DNA of 64,000 nt, taken from positions 13,218 to 77,217 of the forward strand of contig JANWJQ010000046.1 of NCBI GenBank assembly GCA_025451875.1. Reading direction: 5' to 3'. Source of the DNA: Rhizomicrobium sp. (GTDB lineage Bacteria > Pseudomonadota > Alphaproteobacteria > Micropepsales > Micropepsaceae). The notes under the pieces were generated by a model. The model worked only from the letters and a program-made list of their open reading frames with translations. It searched no databases and was not told the DNA's origin. The translations under genes and the position numbers were made by a program. Positions 59,991-64,000 of this stretch are shown here, piece after piece (position 1 is the stretch's first letter; every line of letters starts with the position of its first letter).

Positions 59991-60068
59991 TGTTCCCCTC
60001 TGGCCGGGTCTGAGCGCCCGGCCGGTTCGTTCGACATGTGCGTGTACCCGTGGCACATTGTTGAGGTT

Positions 60069-60102
60069 GGGCGGAGAGTGAAAATTCTCCGCCCCTTTTT
60101 TT
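60069..60102 (+). terminator. Rho-independent terminator/attenuator after TBDR
   Basis: GGGCGGAGA-N8-TCTCCGCCC then CTTTTTTT. Confidence 0.8.
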
Positions 60103-60148
60103 GAAACGGGAACGGCGACAACCGAGGTTCATGCCGGAGCGTATTCCG

Positions 60149-62302
60149 ATGACGAGGAGAGGCATCGCCGCGTTCGGGCTGGCACTTTTGCTTGCCGCCT
60201 GCGCGCAAATCAATCCGCCGTCTATCGCTCCGGTCGCTGTTGTTCCTCCGCCGCGCCCCACGCCGTCTTTCTCGCTTGTGCCTTGGCCCGCGCATCTGGA
60301 AACGCGGCCGGGATATTTCGTGGTCGGCGAGGGCACAGCGATTCAATACGATCGCGGTGATGCCGCCTCTGGGCGCGTTGCCACCTATCTCGCGGATCTG
60401 GTGCGCCGTTCGCGGCATCTGTCACTTGCGCCTTCGGGGAAAGTGGGCGGCCACGCGATCCTTCTGCGCCGGCTTTCCGATCCCGATGCCACCGGCAAGG
60501 AAGGCTACCGGCTTGACGTCACGCCAGACGGCATCACGATTTCCGCCGGCCAGACAGCTGGGCTCTTCTATGGTGCAATCACCCTCTGGCAGTTGATGAC
60601 GCAGCGCACGGGCGATGCGCACAGCATAACCTTGCCGGGGCTCGCCATCGATGATGCGCCGCGCCTCGCATGGCGCGGGTTGCTGCTGGATTCGGTGCGC
60701 CACTATCAGTCGCCGGTCTTCATCAAGACGTTGATCGACGCCATGGCGCGCGAGAAGCTCAATGTTTTGCAATGGCATCTCACCGACGATCAGGGCTGGC
60801 GCCTTGAGATCAGACGTTATCCACGCCTGACACAGGTGGGCGCGTGGCGCGTTCCGGCGGGTGCCGCCGCGCAGACCGACATCGATCCGAAAACCGGAAA
60901 GCCGCGCCTCTATGGTGGGTTCTACACGCAGAAACAGGTGCGTGAAATCGTGACTTATGCCGCCGCACGCAACATCACCATCGTGCCGGAGATTGAAATG
61001 CCCGGCCACGCGGCGGCGGCGATTGTCGCCTATCCCTGGCTGGCCTCGGTGCCAAACCCGCCCAAACAGGTGTCCAGCGACTGGGGTGTTTTCCCGGACA
61101 TATATAATGTCGACGAACGCACCTTTCGTTTCCTCCAGGACGTGCTGACCGAAACCATGGCGCTGTTCCCCGGCGCTTACATCCACGTTGGTGGCGACGA
61201 GGCGGCGAAGGATCAGTGGAAGGCCAATCCGGCGATCCAGCAGAAAATTCACGAGATCGGGCTGAAGGATGAGGATGCGCTGCAAAGCTGGTTCATCGCG
61301 CGCATGGGCCAGTTCCTGAAAGCACATCATCGCAAGCTGATCGGCTGGGACGAGATTCTGCAGGGCGGTATTCCGCCGGACGCCACGATTACCTCCTGGC
61401 GCGGCATCAGTGGCGCGATCACGGCGGCAAAAGCGGGGCACGATACGGTGCTGTCACCTGCGCCGGTGCTTTATTTCGATAATCGTCAAGCCGAGGGACC
61501 AGGCGAACCTTCGGGCCGCGCGCAAATCGAAACGCTGGGCGATGTGTATGCCTTCGATCCCACGCCGCCGGCGTTGACCGACGATCAGCGGAAGCATGTT
61601 ATCGGCGTGCAGGCGAATGTGTGGACCGAGCATATCCGCGAGCAGGATAATGTGGACTACGCGCTCTTCCCGCGCGCGGCCGCGCTTGCCGAACTGGGCT
61701 GGTCGCCCGCGGCGCATCATGACTGGGCCGATTTCCGCGCGCGCATGCCCGATGAACTAGATCGTTACACCGCATTGGCGTTGCCGCACGCACAGCACTT
61801 GCTCGCAATCGGTGAGCATGATGCGCCGCCGCCTACAAGACCGCTCACCCGAGACAGCCACGAACTTGATCTGTGCAAGAAAGCCATTGCTCTTTCGATC
61901 GAAGGCCCGGCGCCGCTGGAGGGCAAGCCTCCGGTTTTTCTGACGGATGTGCTCAATCCCTGCTGGATCTGGCACAAGGTCGATCTGACGGGCGTCACGT
62001 CGATAACAGCATTGGCGGGCCAGCTCCCGTTCAACTTCCAGATCGGGCACGACGTGGAAAAGGTCGTTATGCGTCCCATAGCCACGCCGGACGGCGAGTT
62101 TGAAGCCCATCTCGACGGCTGCGATGGGCCGAAGCTGGCTGTTCTACCGATGCCCCATCCCGGCCCGGGCACCGGCCTGAGCGAGGTGCGCGGTGCATTC
62201 GCCCCACAAACGGGTGTGCATGATCTCTGTTTTGTCTTCACCCGCGCCAAGCTTGATCCATACTGGTCGCTGCACACGGTGACGCTCGTGCCGGAGCATT
62301 AG
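60149..62302 (+). CDS. GH20 beta-N-acetylhexosaminidase, probable lipoprotein, CBM6-like C-terminus
   Basis: Lipobox LAAC, WRGLLLDSVRH, WHLTDDQGWR, PEIEMPGH, HVGGDE; start could be 60131. Confidence 0.92.
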   Translation: MTRRGIAAFGLALLLAACAQINPPSIAPVAVVPPPRPTPSFSLVPWPAHLETRPGYFVVGEGTAIQYDRGDAASGRVATYLADLVRRSRHLSLAPSGKVGGHAILLRRLSDPDATGKEGYRLDVTPDGITISAGQTAGLFYGAITLWQLMTQRTGDAHSITLPGLAIDDAPRLAWRGLLLDSVRHYQSPVFIKTLIDAMAREKLNVLQWHLTDDQGWRLEIRRYPRLTQVGAWRVPAGAAAQTDIDPKTGKPRLYGGFYTQKQVREIVTYAAARNITIVPEIEMPGHAAAAIVAYPWLASVPNPPKQVSSDWGVFPDIYNVDERTFRFLQDVLTETMALFPGAYIHVGGDEAAKDQWKANPAIQQKIHEIGLKDEDALQSWFIARMGQFLKAHHRKLIGWDEILQGGIPPDATITSWRGISGAITAAKAGHDTVLSPAPVLYFDNRQAEGPGEPSGRAQIETLGDVYAFDPTPPALTDDQRKHVIGVQANVWTEHIREQDNVDYALFPRAAALAELGWSPAAHHDWADFRARMPDELDRYTALALPHAQHLLAIGEHDAPPPTRPLTRDSHELDLCKKAIALSIEGPAPLEGKPPVFLTDVLNPCWIWHKVDLTGVTSITALAGQLPFNFQIGHDVEKVVMRPIATPDGEFEAHLDGCDGPKLAVLPMPHPGPGTGLSEVRGAFAPQTGVHDLCFVFTRAKLDPYWSLHTVTLVPEH

Positions 62303-62305
62303 GCC

Positions 62306-64000
62306 ATGTCCAATCTCACGCTTGTCGCGCCGATCCGGGGGTGGGTCTCGCTTCTCGACGAAGTGCCTGACCCGGTATTCGCCGAACGGATTCTGGGCGA
62401 CGGCATTGCCATCGATCCGACCGGCGCCACGGTCCATGCGCCGTGCGATGCGCTGGTCGTATCCGTCGCGCGCCATGCCGTGACGCTGCGTGCTGCAAAT
62501 GGCGCGGAAATTCTCATTCATGTCGGTCTCGAAACCGTAGCGCTGCACGGTCAGGGCTTCATCACCCATGTCCGAGAAGGCAATTCGGTCCGCACCGGCG
62601 ATCCGCTGATCACCTTCGATCTCGACTTCCTTGCCGGGAAGGCAAAAAGCCTGATCTCGCCGGTTGTCATCACGAACGGCGATGCGTTCTCCATCATCCG
62701 CCGCAGCACGGACCGGGAAACCGGGCTGGGCGAATTCCTGATGGAGCTGAAGCCGCTCGGCGGGCCAGCATCCGCGTCAGGTGGGAGCCGCGAGGCGTCG
62801 CGTGAGATCGTTGTGCGTCTCGCGCATGGCATTCACGCACGTCCCGCCGCCATCGTATCGAACGCGGCCAAGCAGTTTGGTGCGGAAATCGAATTCTCCG
62901 TGCGCGAGCGGCGGGTCAACGCGAAGAGCATCGTGGCGTTGATGTCGCTGGGCATCCGCAGGGATGAACAGGTCGCCATCTTTGCGCATGGCGCTGACGC
63001 GCAGGCAGCCGTCGATGCACTGGCCGATCTCATCGAAAACGGCATCGTCGAAGCACCGGAGACATCGGCACCGTCGGTATCCACTGCATCTAGTGCCGGG
63101 AACACGCCGCTTCCGCCCAACACATTGCGCGGCGTCGCCGGAGCGCCGGGATTGGCCATCGGCCGCGCCGTTCTGCTCAGCGCCGCAGATTTCGATGTTG
63201 TCGAGAAAGGCGGCGGAATTGCGCATGAGACAATGCTGCTCAATGGCGCGCTGGCGGTTGCGCGCGCGCGCCTCGAAAGCCTTTCCACCGCGGGCAACCG
63301 GCAGCAGCGCGAGATATTGGGCGCGCATCTGGCGCTTCTGGAAGACCCTGAGCTCTCGCACGCCACGCGCGCGGCGATCGAGAGCGGCAAGAGCGCTGCT
63401 TTCGCCTGGCGTCAGGCAATCCGCGCTTATGCCCAGGCCTTCCGGGTCATGGATGATGCGCGCGTGCGCGAGCGCGCCGGCGATCTCGTCGATCTGGAGC
63501 GGCAGGTGATGGTGGCGCTGAACGGCGATGCCGGCCTCGTGGCGAAAGACATTCCCGCCAACGCCATCCTGATTGCCGATGAACTCCTGCCATCCGAACT
63601 TGTGGGCCTGGGCAAGATCGCAGGGTTCTGCACAGCGCAGGGTGGCCCCACGTCGCATGTCGCGATCCTCGCCGCCGGCATGGGCGTCCCGGCCTTGGTC
63701 AGCACCGCCGGTGTTCTCGATATCGCCGAAGGTACGACGCTGTTTCTCGATGCCGATGCCGGGCTTCTGCATATCGATCTCGATGCCGTGCTGCTGGAAC
63801 AGGCGCGCACGCAAATTGCCACGCGTGAAAGACAAGAAGCTTCGGCGCGCGCGCATGCGCTGAACGATTGCCGCACGGCGGACGGCACGCGCATCGAAGT
63901 TTTCGCCAATCTGGGTGCGGGTGCGGACGAGGCGGCTGCCGCCGTCGCATCCGGCGCGGAAGGTTGCGGATTGCTGCGCACGGAATTTCTCTTCCTCGAC
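62306..64000 (+). CDS. PTS multiphosphoryl transfer protein EIIA(Glc/Nag)-HPr-EI (NagF-like), truncated by window edge
   Basis: Manual translation, absent from ORF track: EVPDPVFAERILGDG, ILIHVGLET (EIIA); HGIHARPA, NAKSIVALM (HPr); GGPTSHVAILA, GLLRTEFLF (EI). Confidence 0.93.
   Translation, partial: MSNLTLVAPIRGWVSLLDEVPDPVFAERILGDGIAIDPTGATVHAPCDALVVSVARHAVTLRAANGAEILIHVGLETVALHGQGFITHVREGNSVRTGDPLITFDLDFLAGKAKSLISPVVITNGDAFSIIRRSTDRETGLGEFLMELKPLGGPASASGGSREASREIVVRLAHGIHARPAAIVSNAAKQFGAEIEFSVRERRVNAKSIVALMSLGIRRDEQVAIFAHGADAQAAVDALADLIENGIVEAPETSAPSVSTASSAGNTPLPPNTLRGVAGAPGLAIGRAVLLSAADFDVVEKGGGIAHETMLLNGALAVARARLESLSTAGNRQQREILGAHLALLEDPELSHATRAAIESGKSAAFAWRQAIRAYAQAFRVMDDARVRERAGDLVDLERQVMVALNGDAGLVAKDIPANAILIADELLPSELVGLGKIAGFCTAQGGPTSHVAILAAGMGVPALVSTAGVLDIAEGTTLFLDADAGLLHIDLDAVLLEQARTQIATRERQEASARAHALNDCRTADGTRIEVFANLGAGADEAAAAVASGAEGCGLLRTEFLFLD

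Noticed and set aside
57363-60056. 897-aa antisense ORF, and similar long shadow ORFs (2142-3368, 6427-8088, 21263-22579, 25970-27238, 44420-45652, 51703-52989, 62777-63856)
   Set aside because: They lie opposite well-supported genes, carry no motifs, and are expected from codon bias in GC-rich DNA.
1-64000. CRISPR array, IS/transposase, integrase, prophage genes, cobalamin or TPP riboswitch ahead of TBDRs
   Set aside because: No regularly spaced repeats, recombinase motifs or recognisable riboswitch consensus seen by eye; a covariance-model search was not possible.

Overview
GC-rich alphaproteobacterial chromosome segment. The taxon is inferred from gene content, TonB-receptor richness and a tRNA-His 3' end with an A discriminator. 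It is a chain of nutrient-scavenging modules, four of them built around a TonB-dependent receptor (TBDR). (1) 1-15.9 kb: catabolic cluster for an unknown hydrophobic or cyclic compound (P450, four SDRs, TBDR, AcoA/AcoB-like TPP E1 pair with no E2/E3, orphan Rieske oxygenase, VOC, MDR reductase, ThuA-like, NmrA-like, acyl-CoA ligase, OB-fold + SCP-x thiolase). It ends at a displaced 3' half of tRNA-His (about 16444-16488), a likely attR of an integrated island. (2) 16.7-27.3 kb: DUF72 pseudogene, pgm and a 2843-aa cyclic beta-1,2-glucan synthase. (3) 27.5-30.8 kb: autotransporter with a Kelch-like passenger. (4) 31-39.6 kb: TBDR, acyl-CoA ligase, TetR, exported carboxylesterase, MFS, second TetR. 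(5) 40.2-53.3 kb: D-amino-acid peptide utilisation locus (POT transporter, DAO-family oxidoreductase, MFS, MlrC/M81 peptidase, XRE-cupin regulator, TBDR, Ala-Glu epimerase, two serine hydrolases). (6) 53.3-64 kb: NagQ-type GlcNAc locus (pgl-like, nagA, SIS deaminase, GntR, TBDR, GH20, truncated EIIA-HPr-EI PTS fusion). I saw no CRISPR array, rRNA, intact tRNA, integrase or transposase. All function calls come from reading motifs by eye; no database searches were run.
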